Notes: generated by a model not told the origin, from the letters alone. Positions 13,191 to 25,609 are shown, counted from the first letter of the stretch. The stretch: DNA of 64,000 nt from Gammaproteobacteria bacterium (GCA_965222155.1 CBDCTH010000012.1:704001-768000), one strand, 5' to 3'. Translations and numbers: made by a program.

Positions 13191-14335
13191 CTCAGGCAAA
13201 TACAGGTTTGAAACCAAAGAAATCAGTGGTCCTGTCCGGGGTGTCGGCGGGGAATACCGCCTTATGCACGGTAGGTCGCAGCGGCAATGACCTGTCTTAT
13301 CGCGGTTACGATATCCTGGATATTGCCGAGACCTGTGAATTTGAAGAGATCGCACACCTGTTGATACATGAGCGGTTGCCGACCCGGAAGGAACTGGACA
13401 GGTATAAAATAAAACTGGCCGGGTTGCGCAGACTGCCGGACCAGGTAAAGAAGGGGATGGAGTTGCTGCCTGCAACTACACCGCCTATGGATGTCCTCAG
13501 GACCGGTTGTTCACTCCTGGGCGCTGTGGCGCCGGAATCCCGCGAACATACGACAGCAGAAGCACGGGATATTGCGGACCGGCTGTTGGCCTCGTTTCCT
13601 TCCATGCTGACCTACTGGTACCACTTCAGCCATCACGGCCGGCGCATTGATGAGGATACCGGAGAGGACTCTATCGGCGGCCACTTCCTGCACATGCTGC
13701 ATGGCGAACCTCCCTCCCGGTTATGGGAGCGGGCCATGCACACCTCCCTGATACTGTATGCCGAACATGAGTTCAATGCCTCGACCTTCACCGGCCGGGT
13801 CATTGCCGGGACGGGGTCGGATATATATTCGGCCGTTACCGGCGCCATCGGCGCGCTGCGCGGCCCCAGGCACGGCGGCGCCAATGAGGTGGCCCTGGAA
13901 ATCCAGCAACGCTATGCAACGCCGGATGAGGCCGAGGCGGACATCCGGGAACGTATTGCCCGGAAAGAAATCGTGATCGGGTTTGGCCATCCCGTTTATA
14001 CCATCTCCGACCCACGCAATGAAGTGATCAAAAGCATCGCAAAAAGGCTCTCTGTTGAAAAAGCGGACATGAGCCTGTTCAATATTGCCGAAAGACTGGA
14101 AACCGTGATGTGGGATATCAAAAATATGTTCCCAAACCTGGACTGGTTCTCCGCGGTGTCCTATAACATGATGGACATACCCACTCCCATGTTCACGCCG
14201 ATTTTCGTGATGGCGCGGGTAACTGGCTGGACGGCACACATTATCGAACAACGCCAGGATGGAAAAATTATACGGCCCGGCGCCAACTACACCGGCCCGG
14301 ATAAGATGGAGTTTATCCCGATAGAAAGAAGGTAG
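13187..14335 (+). CDS. prpC: 2-methylcitrate synthase
   Basis: [11 protein letters not shown]-terminus, [22 protein letters not shown]. Confidence 0.95.
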   Translation: MTQANTGLKPKKSVVLSGVSAGNTALCTVGRSGNDLSYRGYDILDIAETCEFEEIAHLLIHERLPTRKELDRYKIKLAGLRRLPDQVKKGMELLPATTPPMDVLRTGCSLLGAVAPESREHTTAEARDIADRLLASFPSMLTYWYHFSHHGRRIDEDTGEDSIGGHFLHMLHGEPPSRLWERAMHTSLILYAEHEFNASTFTGRVIAGTGSDIYSAVTGAIGALRGPRHGGANEVALEIQQRYATPDEAEADIRERIARKEIVIGFGHPVYTISDPRNEVIKSIAKRLSVEKADMSLFNIAERLETVMWDIKNMFPNLDWFSAVSYNMMDIPTPMFTPIFVMARVTGWTAHIIEQRQDGKIIRPGANYTGPDKMEFIPIERR

Positions 14336-14373
14336 TGGTTCCGGCTCTACGAACCAGGAACTCTCATTGCCGG

Positions 14374-15408
14374 CTAACCCGCATATCTCACCCGACCGGC
14401 TTTGCCGTCATGTTCCCGGATCGTGCCGAGTCGCCACGCTGATTCGCCTGCAGCGCGTAATAATCCGAGAGTTTTTTCCGCTTCATCAGGGCCGACTACA
14501 AGCACCATTCCGATACCGCAATTAAAAATCCGGTACATTTCCGCCGAGTTGACCTTACCTGTTTCCTGCAACCAATGGAATAGTGCCGGCCAGCGCCAAC
14601 TGTCCCGATTAATTTCAGCGCACATATTTTCGGGAATGACCCGGGGAATGTTTTCCGTCAATCCTCCGCCCGTTATATGCGCAATGGCTTTCAGGTTTAT
14701 CTCCGGCAACAACGCGAATATGATTTCTTTGTAAATTCGTGTCGGTTCCAGCAATAATTCCGAAAATGGGATGCCGTCCAGCTTATCGGCTAATGCAGTC
14801 CCGGAGTCGGCCAGAATTTTACGGATCAGGGAAAAGCCGTTTGCGTGTGGTCCGCTGGAGGGGAGGGCAATCAGGATATCCTCCTGTTTAACGTGTTCCC
14901 CGGTGATTACTTCATCTTTTTCCATTACTCCCACGCAAAAACCAGCCAGATCGTATTCACCGGGCTGGTACATGCCCGGCATTTCTGCGGTTTCTCCGCC
15001 AATCAAGGCGCAACCGGAGAGTTCACAACCCCGGGCAATTCCTTTCACAACGTCCGTTGCCGTGGCAACATCCAGTTTGGAACAGGCAAAATAATCGAGA
15101 AAGAAAAGGGGCTCAGCGCCTTGCGCCAGGATGTCGTTAACACACATGGCAACCAGGTCGATACCGATGCTGTCGTGTCTGCCGAGATCGATTGCCAGCT
15201 TGATCTTTGTGCCCACGCCATCGGCGCCCGAAACCAGTACCGGGTGGCGATATTTTGTCGCGGAAAGATCAAATAATGCGCCGAAACCGCCCAGTTCGGC
15301 CAATACCTCAGGGCGATGCGTAGTTCGCACCAGGGATTTAATATTGGCTACCAGTTCGTTTCCCCGGTCGATACTGACCCCGGCGGCTTCATAGTCGGAA
15401 TGCTTCAT
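14374..15408 (-). CDS. purM: Phosphoribosylformylglycinamidine cyclo-ligase
   Basis: [28 protein letters not shown]. Confidence 0.97.
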   Translation of the reverse strand: MKHSDYEAAGVSIDRGNELVANIKSLVRTTHRPEVLAELGGFGALFDLSATKYRHPVLVSGADGVGTKIKLAIDLGRHDSIGIDLVAMCVNDILAQGAEPLFFLDYFACSKLDVATATDVVKGIARGCELSGCALIGGETAEMPGMYQPGEYDLAGFCVGVMEKDEVITGEHVKQEDILIALPSSGPHANGFSLIRKILADSGTALADKLDGIPFSELLLEPTRIYKEIIFALLPEINLKAIAHITGGGLTENIPRVIPENMCAEINRDSWRWPALFHWLQETGKVNSAEMYRIFNCGIGMVLVVGPDEAEKTLGLLRAAGESAWRLGTIREHDGKAGRVRYAG

Positions 15409-15499
15409 TGATTCGATGATATTCAGGCATAAAGTACGATACTATAATGTGATGGACTATTACTTTCCAGGGACTTGAGGTTTTATACAGCTTGAAAAT

Positions 15500-16564
15500 A
15501 TGAAAAAAGCATTACGGATTTTTTGCTGTTTATGGTGTTTGTGCCTGCCGACCGTGCATGCTATCAAGGTACCGGGACTGTACGAAGCGGAGGCCGTCGT
15601 CGCCAATCAATCGAGTGAAGGCAGAAAGACAGCTATCCGGGCATGTCTGGGTATGGTACTGGTAAAACTGACCGGTGAGCGAAACGTATCGGGTAAGACG
15701 ACGCTGCAGCCGATTCTGGACCGTGCGGACAACTTTGTTCAACAATACCGTTACCGGGAAATTCAAACGGAAACACCTGCCATACCCGCTTCACCTTCCG
15801 TGACGGCATGGCATCTTGCCGTTAAATTCGATGAAGAGAACCTGAATAAGTCTTTGCGCGCTTCGGGGATACCGGTCTGGGACAATGAGCGGCCATCCAT
15901 ACTGATCTGGCTGGCGCTGGAACAGGCGAACCGGAGATTGTTTGCCGAAGCGGAGAGCGCTCCGGAATTGTTGGCCCTGCTGCATGAGCTTGCAGAACGT
16001 CGTGGCGTTTCCATCCTGTTTCCACTGCAGGATCTTGATGATAGAACACAAATACAACCTGGTGACGTATGGCTTGGTTTCCAGGAACCCATCATAGCCG
16101 CATCGGTCAGGTATAATGCTGACATTATCCTTACCGCAAGCGTGTACTCCCCCGTTCCTGGTATATGGGAAGGCAGGTGGAGAAGCTACCGCCATGACAG
16201 GCTGAGCCATGAGTGGGAAACTGAAACCGACCTGCTGGAAACCGCCCTGGAAGAAGGGTTTGACGGATTTATTGATACCCTTGTAACCCGGTTTGCCCGT
16301 GGCGGCAGTTATACCCTGCTGGGAGATGTTGAAATAACGGTCGGTGACATTAATTCTGTCGATCAATATGCACGCCTGATAAACTACCTGGGGTCGTTAA
16401 GTTCAATCAGTCAAATCCATGTCATGGAAGTGCGGACCGGGGAAGTTAAACTGGCATTGACCGCGCATGGCGGTGAACAGGCCATAGTGCATACCATCAG
16501 TCTGGGCAGGACCCTGGAGCCGGTTGAAGGCTTCGATGGCCATTACTATCGTCTGATTCCCTAG
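15500..16564 (+). CDS. DUF2066-like periplasmic protein
   Basis: Signal peptide, LYEAE, VLVKLTG, W..ERP; usual position divergent from purM and before hda. Confidence 0.8.
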   Translation: MKKALRIFCCLWCLCLPTVHAIKVPGLYEAEAVVANQSSEGRKTAIRACLGMVLVKLTGERNVSGKTTLQPILDRADNFVQQYRYREIQTETPAIPASPSVTAWHLAVKFDEENLNKSLRASGIPVWDNERPSILIWLALEQANRRLFAEAESAPELLALLHELAERRGVSILFPLQDLDDRTQIQPGDVWLGFQEPIIAASVRYNADIILTASVYSPVPGIWEGRWRSYRHDRLSHEWETETDLLETALEEGFDGFIDTLVTRFARGGSYTLLGDVEITVGDINSVDQYARLINYLGSLSSISQIHVMEVRTGEVKLALTAHGGEQAIVHTISLGRTLEPVEGFDGHYYRLIP

Positions 16565-16602
16565 GAAGAAGTACGGGTTCCGGCTTATCTTCATGAAAAC
16601 GA

Positions 16603-17316
16603 ATGTCATTAGCTGATCAGAGTCGGCAACTCCTGTTGGCGTTCGCCCGCTACGATGTCTATGCCTTTGAAACATATATTCCCGGAGATAACAAGGAAGC
16701 GATTGACTCTTTGCAGAATACCGCAAAGGGATACGGTCACAGTAACATCTATATATGGGGAGGGTGGGGCGTTGGAAAGAGCCATTTGCTCCAGGCGCTT
16801 TGTAGCGCGGCCGCCCAGTCGCAACGGCAATGTGCATACATTCCATTGAGCCAACACGATGAGTTTACGCCGGAGCTGCTTTCATCCCTTGAGGAACTCA
16901 GCCTTGTCTGCCTGGACGATATGGATGAGGTGGCAGGCAAGACCCGGTGGGAAATGGCGTTATTTGACTTGTTCAATCGCTTAACGGATGCAAACATCCC
17001 CCTGGTGATGAGTTCCTGTCGCAGCCCCAAAGGCAGTCTGATCGAGCTGCCTGATCTGAAATCAAGACTGTCCTGGGGCCTGTGCTACCACCTGCAGCCG
17101 CTTGATGACGCCATGAAGATCGTCGCATTAAAATATCGCGCCCATGAGCGCGGATTTGAACTGACTGACCAGGTGGTGGAGTTTCTGATCAAACGTGTCG
17201 AACGAGATACCCATAATTTATTCCGTTGGCTTGACCGCCTGGACAGGCACAGCCTGATAGCGCAAAGAAGACTGACGGTAGATTTTGTCAAGGAAATACT
17301 CAAGGAAAGTCAGTAA
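16603..17316 (+). CDS. hda: DnaA regulatory inactivator Hda
   Basis: QLLL clamp-binding motif, GVGKSHLL, LPDLKSRLSWG. Confidence 0.93.
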   Translation: MSLADQSRQLLLAFARYDVYAFETYIPGDNKEAIDSLQNTAKGYGHSNIYIWGGWGVGKSHLLQALCSAAAQSQRQCAYIPLSQHDEFTPELLSSLEELSLVCLDDMDEVAGKTRWEMALFDLFNRLTDANIPLVMSSCRSPKGSLIELPDLKSRLSWGLCYHLQPLDDAMKIVALKYRAHERGFELTDQVVEFLIKRVERDTHNLFRWLDRLDRHSLIAQRRLTVDFVKEILKESQ

Positions 17317-17428
17317 TATTTGGGGTCAGGAACATTTGGGGTCAGAGTAAAAATACAGGCACAGGCGGGTGTTTCTAATCCATTGCTTGATATTTTTACT
17401 CTGACCCCAAATGTTCCCCCAAATGTTC
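17315..17428. repeat. Paired inverted repeat, family B copy 2
   Basis: GAACATTTGGGGTCAGAGTAAAAATA(C), 34-nt spacer, TATTTTTACTCTGACCCCAAATGTTC; partial end duplications on both sides. Confidence 0.9.
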
Positions 17429-17430
17429 GT

Positions 17431-18027
<597 letters not shown>

Positions 18028-18375
18028 TCAGAGTATCTCAAGCACATTTTCCGGCGGGCGTCCTATGGCGGCTTTCCCGTTAGCCAGGACTATGGGCCGT
18101 TCGATAAGGACCGGGTGCTCAATCATGGCGTCAACCAACTGGTCGTCGGACAGATCCCCGGCATCCAGGCCATTGGCTTTATATGCGTCTTCTTTTCTAC
18201 GCATCAATTCCCGGGGCGCCAGCCCAAGCAAGTTCAATAGCCGCTTCAATTCGCTCTTGTCGGGTGGATTTTTCAGGTATTCGATGATCCTTGGCTCCAT
18301 TCCCTGCCGGCGCAGTAATTCCAGGGTTTGTCTCGATTTGGAACAACGGGGGTTATGATAAATTGTTACGGTCAT
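18028..18375 (-). CDS. arsC: ArsC (glutaredoxin-type)/YfgD family reductase
   Basis: [23 protein letters not shown]. Confidence 0.88.
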   Translation of the reverse strand: MTVTIYHNPRCSKSRQTLELLRRQGMEPRIIEYLKNPPDKSELKRLLNLLGLAPRELMRRKEDAYKANGLDAGDLSDDQLVDAMIEHPVLIERPIVLANGKAAIGRPPENVLEIL

Positions 18376-20087
18376 TTTTCTGTCCGCTTCTTTCCTTTGA
18401 TGAATTCAATGACGTTATCCAGCGGGATGTCAATACTTTGCGCGTCACGTCTGCCTTTGTATTCAAGAGTATGGTTATCCAGCCCGCGCTCGCTGAATAC
18501 GTAGCGGTGGGGTATGCCGATCAATTCCATGTCGGCAAACATGACCCCCGGCCGTTCCTTTCTGTCGTCCAGTAACACATCTATGCCGCTGTCGACAAGC
18601 CGTTGATATAAATCATCAACGGCCGCGCGCAGGCGTTGTGATTTGTGTGCATTGATGGGTACCAAGGCAATCTGGTACGGGGCCAGGGCATCCGGCCAGA
18701 TAATACCGCGGTCATCGTGATTTTGTTCAATGGCGGCGGCAACGATGCGAGAGACGCCGATACCGTAGCAACCCATGTACAAGGTCACGGCCTCGCCGGT
18801 TTCATCCAGACACAGGGCTTTCATTGCCGCACTGTACTTTGTGCCCAGTTGAAAGATATGTCCCACTTCGATGCCCCGGGCGATTTTAAGCGGCCCGGAA
18901 GTGTCGGGAGCCGGGTCGCCTTCCACCACGTTACGCAGGTCGGCGTGTGCGGGCTCCGCAAGGTCCCGTTGCCAGTTAACACCCGTGAGGTGATAACCGT
19001 TTTCGTTGGCGCCACAGATGAAATCCGCCAGGATCAGGGCGGCACTGTCGGCGATAACCGGCATGTTTAATCCGACCGGGCCCAGTGAACCGGTATCACA
19101 GTCCAGTTGTTTGCTGATCTCCTCAGGGGATGCAAAGGTCAGAGGTTTTGCCAGTTCCGGAAGTTTTTCCGCTTTCAGGCGGTTCAGGTCGTGGTCACCC
19201 CGCAATACCAGGGCGACAAGGGCGGTGTTGCTGCCCCTTACGATCAGGGTTTTCAGGCAGCGCGCCGGACTGACGTCAAAGAAACGGCTGATATCGTCAA
19301 TAGTATGTTGATCCGGAGTCGCTGTTTTCTGCAGGGACTCGCCCGGCGCCGGTCTTTTTTCCGCAGGTGGGGGTGCCGCAATGAGTTCCACATTGGTTGC
19401 GAATTCGGAGCCTTGCGAAAACGCGATACTGTCCTCACCGGAGTCAGCCAGTACGTGAAATTCATGGGATACCTTGCCGCCGATATTACCGCTGTCGGCA
19501 ACAACGGGGCGGAACTCCAGCTCCAGGCGATTGAAAATGCGTGTATAGGTCCGGTACATCACTTGATACGTCTGTTCCAGGGAATCCTGGCTGAGATGAA
19601 AGGAATAAGCGTCTTTCATAATAAATTCCCGGGCCCGCATGATTCCGAAGCGAGGGCGAATCTCATCGCGGAACTTGGTCTGGATCTGGTAGAAATTGGC
19701 CGGCAGTTGTTTATAACTGCGGATTTCGTGCCGGATCAGGTCCGTTATGACTTCCTCGTGGGTGGGTCCCAGACAGAAATCCCGTTTATGCCGATCCTTG
19801 AAACGCAATAATTCCGGGCCGTATTCCTCCCAGCGTCCGGATTCCTGCCACAGCTCGACTGGCTGCACTCCGGATAACAGGACTTCCCGGGCGCCCGAGG
19901 CATCCATTTCTTCACGCACAACGGCCTCTACCTTGCGCAGCACTCTCAGACCGAGCGGGAGCCAGTTATAGATCCCGGCGGCTACTTTCCGGATCATACC
20001 GGCCCGCAACATCAATTGGTGACTGATAACCTCGGCATCCGCCGGGGCCTCACGCAGGGTGGCCAACAGTGTTTCTGTAGTTCGCAT
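18372..20087 (-). CDS. proS: Proline--tRNA ligase
   Basis: [16 protein letters not shown], insertion editing domain, MGCYGIG. Confidence 0.98.
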   Translation of the reverse strand: MRTTETLLATLREAPADAEVISHQLMLRAGMIRKVAAGIYNWLPLGLRVLRKVEAVVREEMDASGAREVLLSGVQPVELWQESGRWEEYGPELLRFKDRHKRDFCLGPTHEEVITDLIRHEIRSYKQLPANFYQIQTKFRDEIRPRFGIMRAREFIMKDAYSFHLSQDSLEQTYQVMYRTYTRIFNRLELEFRPVVADSGNIGGKVSHEFHVLADSGEDSIAFSQGSEFATNVELIAAPPPAEKRPAPGESLQKTATPDQHTIDDISRFFDVSPARCLKTLIVRGSNTALVALVLRGDHDLNRLKAEKLPELAKPLTFASPEEISKQLDCDTGSLGPVGLNMPVIADSAALILADFICGANENGYHLTGVNWQRDLAEPAHADLRNVVEGDPAPDTSGPLKIARGIEVGHIFQLGTKYSAAMKALCLDETGEAVTLYMGCYGIGVSRIVAAAIEQNHDDRGIIWPDALAPYQIALVPINAHKSQRLRAAVDDLYQRLVDSGIDVLLDDRKERPGVMFADMELIGIPHRYVFSERGLDNHTLEYKGRRDAQSIDIPLDNVIEFIKGKKRTEK

Positions 20088-20135
20088 AGATGGATTTTTC
20101 CAGGGCAGACGTCAATCCCGATAATAAAGGATAGA

Positions 20136-20165
20136 ACTGTAACTATACTAGGGGCAGGCCGTCAA
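20136..20165 (-). promoter_or_regulatory. Candidate sigma70 promoter of proS
   Basis: Minus strand TTGACG-N18-TACAGT. Confidence 0.45.
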
Positions 20166-20194
20166 GAATAGAAAACCAGCTGTATAACTCAGTT

Positions 20195-20362
20195 CGTCAT
20201 TCCGGCGCAGGCCGGAATCCAGTTAACAAACCAACCTTTTACCATAAGGAACCGTCTTTTTCGACTGGATTTGCATCCTACGCTCCGTTGACGGCACATC
20301 CCCCTGCTTACAGCCTGCAGGGGCAGGCTATGTACCACTACTCGGCCTGCGCCGGAATGACG
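20195..20362. repeat. Family A copy 3 with nested insertions in the right arm
   Basis: CGTCATTCCGGCGCAGGCCGGAATCCAGT, 40-nt spacer, then ACTGGATT[~70 nt]CGGCCTGCGCCGGAATGACG. Confidence 0.85.
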
Positions 20363-20381
20363 ATAACCCGGATTCTAAAGT

Positions 20382-20620
20382 ATGCGTTCGCCCTGACGGG
20401 TTACCCTGAACCCCTTGTCAGGGGGGCGTCGTTCTGTTATACGCCCCCCTGCCGGCGCCTTCAGGCTGTCCCTGATCCCTGGCCCGTCGCAGTCAAACCG
20501 GGCCGCCTTCAGGCATAGAGGAAGTCATTACATCAGTAAATAGTAACTCACGAGTTCCTTTCTGGCGGTTAGCCCGACTTCCGGCTTACCGTTGCCTCAT
20601 TTCCTTAAGGCTGTACTGAT
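20382..20620 (-). ncRNA. Candidate structured non-coding RNA, family unidentified
   Basis: Several stems on the minus strand (GCCT/AGGC, CGGT-AGCC/GGCT-ACCG, GGCCCG/CGGGCC, 11-bp CAGGGGGGCGT/ACGCCCCCCTG), duplicated GCCTGAAGGCG, TAAAAT box at 20624-20619, no credible long ORF. Confidence 0.55.
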
Positions 20621-20724
20621 TTTAGCCGGTTAAAATGAAAGGAAAAGCAGAGAATCGGCGTAAAAGTGATAAAAGTCACAAATATATATAAAAATATAAT
20701 GATAAGTGCGGGTCCACGACCTTG

Positions 20725-20813
20725 AGATATTTGGGGTCAGAGTAAAAATACTCGACGATAAATCAGCGCCGGCTGCCAACCTGACAGTATTTTTACTCTG
20801 ACCCCAAATATCT
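20725..20813. repeat. Paired inverted repeat, family B copy 3
   Basis: AGATATTTGGGGTCAGAGTAAAAATAC, 35-nt spacer, exact reverse complement. Confidence 0.92.
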
Positions 20814-20825
20814 GCAAAGCACAAC

Positions 20826-20854
20826 TTGACGCTTGTGAAGAATATCAGTAAGTT
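20826..20854 (+). promoter_or_regulatory. Candidate sigma70 promoter of ilvIH
   Basis: TTGACG-N17-TAAGTT. Confidence 0.5.
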
Positions 20855-20868
20855 ACCATTTCTTCTTA

Positions 20869-22620
20869 TTGATTAATCTGTGGAATTATCTGGTGGGTAA
20901 GTCAAAGCCAATACTACGCGGCGCGGAAATCTTCGTGCAGGCATTGAAAGATGAAGGGGTAAAGCATGTTTTCGGTTACCCCGGTGGCGCCGTATTGCAT
21001 ATTTACGATGAACTTTACAAGCAAACAGAGGTTGAGCATATCCTGGTACGCCACGAGCAGGGCGCCACTCACGCAGCCGATGGTTACGCCAGGGCAACGG
21101 GTCGCCCCGGCGTAGTACTGGTCACATCCGGCCCGGGAATTACCAATGCCATCACGGGTATTGCAACGGCTTATATGGATTCCATTCCCCTGGTTGTTTT
21201 CAGCGGCCAGGTTCCCACGTCCGTTATCGGTAATGATGCGTTCCAGGAAGTCGATGCCATCGGCATCTCCAGGCCCTGTGTAAAACACAATTTTCTCGTT
21301 TACGATGTGAAAGACCTGGCGGGCATCATCAAGAAGGCATTTTACGTGGCTTGCAGCGGTCGTCCCGGCCCCGTACTGGTGGATATCCCAAAGGACGTTA
21401 CGGCAAACTCCTGTGCCTACGAGTACCCGGATACAGTCGATATGCGTTCCTACCGGCCCACAGTCAAAGGCCACCCGGGCCAGATCAAGCGGGCAATCAA
21501 GCTCATGCTGAAAGCGCGCAAACCCATGATCTATACGGGCGGCGGCGTTGTCCTCTCAGACGCCGACGCCGAGTTAATCGAATTTACCCGGTTGCTGGGT
21601 TTCCCGATCACCAATACGCTGATGGGCCTGGGCGCGTATCCGGCGACGGACCGGCAGTTTATCGGCATGTTGGGAATGCACGGCACCTACGAAGCCAATA
21701 TGGCCATGCACCAGTGCGACGTATTGATTGCCATCGGTGCGCGTTTCGATGATCGGGTCACGGGCGACCTGGAGAAATTCTGCCCCCACGCGAGGATCAT
21801 CCAAATCGACGTCGATCCGTCCTCCATTGCCAAGAACGTGCCCGTGGATGTCCCCATCGTCGGTGATGTCAAGCACGTATTGCAGGAGGTCAATGCCGGT
21901 TTGAAGAGTATCAGTGACCGGCCTGACGTGGACGAATGGTGGCGCCAGATCAAAGCCTGGCAGGCTATGGATTGTCTGCGCTTTGACAGAAACTCCAGTC
22001 TGATTAAACCGCAACTGGTTATTGAACGATTGTATGAACTGACCGAAGGTAATGCTTATGTGTCTTCGGACGTCGGCCAGCACCAGATGTGGGCCGCCCA
22101 GTTCTATAAATTCGACAAGCCGCGCCGCTGGCTCAATTCAGGCGGTCTCGGCACTATGGGGTTCGGCTTGCCGGCGGCGATGGGGGCCAAGATAGCCTAC
22201 CCGGATGAAACGGTCGTGTGCATCACGGGCGAGGCCAGCCTGGTGATGTGTATCCAGGAGCTTTCAACCTGCCTGCAATACCGGACACCGATCAAGATTA
22301 TTAATTTGAACAACCGTTATATGGGCATGGTCAGGCAGTGGCAGGAGTTCTTTTACGAAAAGCGCTATTCACATTCTTATATGGAGGCCTTGCCTGATTT
22401 TGTCAAACTGGCTGAAAGCTTTGGCCACGTTGGGATGCGTATCGAAAAGGCCGCTGACGTGGACGCGGCGCTTAAAGAGGCGCTGGCAATGGAGGATAAG
22501 CTAGTTTTGATGGACTTTATTACCGACCAGACCGAGAACGTATATCCGATGATAGCTGCGGGCAAGGGACAGCACGAAATGCACCTGGCGCCCGGTTCAG
22601 AAGAGCGGGAACTGGCCTGA
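20869..22620 (+). CDS. ilvI: Acetolactate synthase III large subunit
   Basis: GYPGGAVL, RHEQ, TSGPG, GMVRQWQ. True start may be GTG 20893. Confidence 0.96.
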   Translation: MINLWNYLVGKSKPILRGAEIFVQALKDEGVKHVFGYPGGAVLHIYDELYKQTEVEHILVRHEQGATHAADGYARATGRPGVVLVTSGPGITNAITGIATAYMDSIPLVVFSGQVPTSVIGNDAFQEVDAIGISRPCVKHNFLVYDVKDLAGIIKKAFYVACSGRPGPVLVDIPKDVTANSCAYEYPDTVDMRSYRPTVKGHPGQIKRAIKLMLKARKPMIYTGGGVVLSDADAELIEFTRLLGFPITNTLMGLGAYPATDRQFIGMLGMHGTYEANMAMHQCDVLIAIGARFDDRVTGDLEKFCPHARIIQIDVDPSSIAKNVPVDVPIVGDVKHVLQEVNAGLKSISDRPDVDEWWRQIKAWQAMDCLRFDRNSSLIKPQLVIERLYELTEGNAYVSSDVGQHQMWAAQFYKFDKPRRWLNSGGLGTMGFGLPAAMGAKIAYPDETVVCITGEASLVMCIQELSTCLQYRTPIKIINLNNRYMGMVRQWQEFFYEKRYSHSYMEALPDFVKLAESFGHVGMRIEKAADVDAALKEALAMEDKLVLMDFITDQTENVYPMIAAGKGQHEMHLAPGSEERELA

Positions 22621-23111
22621 TGCGCCATATTCTGTCCCTCCTGGTCGAGAATGAGGCCGGGGCGTTATCCAGGATTTCCGGACTGTTCTCTGCCCGTGGC
22701 TTCAATATTGAATCCCTGACCGTTGCGCCGACGGAAGATTCCACTGTTTCCCGAATGACCATAGTCACCTCCGGTTCCGATGCGATTATCGAGCAGATAA
22801 CCAAGCACCTGAACAAACTGGTGGATGTGATAAAAGTCGTGGATTTAAATGAAAGTGATCATATCGAAAGGGAATTGATGCTGGTGAAAGTCAATGCGCT
22901 TGATTCTTCCCGGGAAGAACTGATGCGTTTGAGTGATATTTTCAGGGGGCGTATCATCGACGTGAATGAAAATTCTTATACAATAGAAATAACCGGCAAC
23001 GGCGATAAGCTGGATGCCTTCCTGAAAGCTGTTAAACCTGAATTGATCCTGGAAACCGTCAGGACCGGCGTTTCCGGTATTGCCCGCGGGGAAAGGGCAA
23101 TCAAGGTTTAA
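22620..23111 (+). CDS. ilvH: Acetolactate synthase small subunit
   Basis: ACT domain ENEAGALSRISGLFSARGFNIESL. Confidence 0.96.
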   Translation: MRHILSLLVENEAGALSRISGLFSARGFNIESLTVAPTEDSTVSRMTIVTSGSDAIIEQITKHLNKLVDVIKVVDLNESDHIERELMLVKVNALDSSREELMRLSDIFRGRIIDVNENSYTIEITGNGDKLDAFLKAVKPELILETVRTGVSGIARGERAIKV

Positions 23112-23175
23112 TCAGGAGACAGGTGCTCCCGCTAACTCGAGGTCAATACAGTGATGTTTGCCGGATTCGAAAACA

Positions 23176-23281
23176 GGGGGGACAGATTTAAATCTGTCCC
23201 CCAGGAAATAAGCGGGCATGTTTCTCTGGGGGAGGGAGGGCGTCTCGCCCTCCACGAGGGCAGGTTGCCCTCGGTCCCGGG
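23176..23281. repeat. Family D palindrome followed by a double-hairpin element (family E)
   Basis: GGGGGACAGATTTAAATCTGTCCCCC, then GAGGGCG-TCT-CGCCCTC and GAGGGCA-GGT-TGCCCTC. Confidence 0.75.
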
Positions 23282-23320
23282 AATTAGCGGGAACTGCTGA
23301 ATCAGGAGAATGAGAGATAA

Positions 23321-24340
<1,020 letters not shown>

Positions 24341-24352
24341 TCTTTAAGCAGT

Positions 24353-24439
24353 GATATTTGGGGTCAGAGTAAAAATACGGGCAATCCGGTAGATTATGTT
24401 GCTGTGCTATTAAGTATTTTTACTCTGACCCCAAATATC
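24353..24439. repeat. Paired inverted repeat, family B copy 4
   Basis: GATATTTGGGGTCAGAGTAAAAATAC, 35-nt spacer, exact reverse complement. Confidence 0.92.
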
Positions 24440-24465
24440 TCAACCTTTCACACAGGACATAAAGT

Positions 24466-25221
24466 ATGATTAAGCGTCGCAGGGGAATTTACCTGCTGCC
24501 CAACCTGTTCACCACGTCAGCGCTGTTTGCCGGGTTTTATGCGATCGTTGCCGCGATGAACGGACGCTTCGAATCTGCCGCCATCGCCATCTTTATTGCG
24601 ATGATCCTTGATGGCATGGATGGCCGTATTGCCAGGTTGACCAAGACGGAAACCGATTTTGGCGTTCAATACGATAGCTTGTCCGACATGGTTTCATTCG
24701 GGCTGGCGCCGGCCCTGGTGGTCTACCAGTGGTCTTTGCACGGCCTGGGCAAGTTGGGCTGGTTGGCCGCTTTCATTTACGCGGCAGCGGCGGCGTTGCG
24801 ACTGGCCAGGTTCAATACCCAGGCCGGCAGCGCCGACAAACGCTATTTCCAGGGATTACCCTGTCCGGCAGCGGCTGCAGTCATCGCCGGCCTGGTCTGG
24901 TTCGATAGCGTCGGCCAGCCTGTTGACGGTAATACCCTGGTTGTGTTTGCTTTTTCGCTGACTATTTGCGTCGGCCTGCTGATGGTCAGCAACATCCGCT
25001 ATCACAGTTTCAAACAATTCGATTTGCACGGCAAGGTGCCTTTTTTCAACATATTGTTCATCGTCCTGATCATTGCTCTGGTTGCCGTCAGACCCTCGCT
25101 GGTACTATTTTTGCTGTCCTTGATCTATGCCGTATCCGGTCCCCTGATGACACTGGTACTGATTCGGCGCCATAGAAACAAGCGAATCAACGTCGATGAC
25201 AGGGAGCAGGCAACGGATTGA
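24466..25221 (+). CDS. pssA: CDP-diacylglycerol--serine O-phosphatidyltransferase
   Basis: LPNLFT, DGMDGRIAR...G...DSLSD CDP-alcohol motif, RLARFN. Confidence 0.93.
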   Translation: MIKRRRGIYLLPNLFTTSALFAGFYAIVAAMNGRFESAAIAIFIAMILDGMDGRIARLTKTETDFGVQYDSLSDMVSFGLAPALVVYQWSLHGLGKLGWLAAFIYAAAAALRLARFNTQAGSADKRYFQGLPCPAAAAVIAGLVWFDSVGQPVDGNTLVVFAFSLTICVGLLMVSNIRYHSFKQFDLHGKVPFFNILFIVLIIALVAVRPSLVLFLLSLIYAVSGPLMTLVLIRRHRNKRINVDDREQATD

Positions 25222-25377
25222 TACAGATTGATACAAATTAGTTGGCAATAGGTCAAAAATTGACTATGCTAACCTGTGTGCTGTCGTAAATGCGGGTAGT
25301 ACCAGAAGTTTGTTTCTGCCGTACATTGGATAGCTGAATACCAGTAATACATATCATAAAGTAAGGGGGAGAGCAGT

Positions 25378-25587
25378 ATGAGTACGAGGGGAACCGTCAA
25401 ATGGTTCAACAATGCTAAAGGATTTGGTTTTATTGAGCCGTCTGAAGGCGGAGATGATATTTTTGTACATTATTCGTCCATAAAATCTGAAGGCTATAAG
25501 AGTTTAAATGAGGGGCAGAGCGTAACCTATACCGCTGAGCAGGGTCCAAAAGGATTCCATGCTATTGAGGTGGTCGTTATCAACTGA
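25378..25587 (+). CDS. Cold-shock domain protein, CspD-like
   Basis: [20 protein letters not shown]. Confidence 0.92.
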   Translation: MSTRGTVKWFNNAKGFGFIEPSEGGDDIFVHYSSIKSEGYKSLNEGQSVTYTAEQGPKGFHAIEVVVIN

Positions 25588-25609
25588 ACAGGTTGTTATC
25601 GTCTGATAG

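Noticed and set aside
12312-15408. Missing prpD/acnD, purN, dapF, glnK and an RND outer-membrane factor as anomalies
   Set aside because: Operon splitting is common and these genes may lie outside the window.
20288-20518. 76-aa ORF on the plus strand
   Set aside because: It runs through nested repeats and the structured region, with no RBS or protein-like features.
20382-20620. 6S RNA, RNase P, SRP, tmRNA or T-box identity for the structured region
   Set aside because: Only a loose likeness of GGGTTCAGGGTAAC to the 6S 3' end; the long rod and the other families' signature motifs were not found.
20630-20868. ilv attenuator leader peptide
   Set aside because: No short Ile/Leu/Val-rich ORF or terminator was found.
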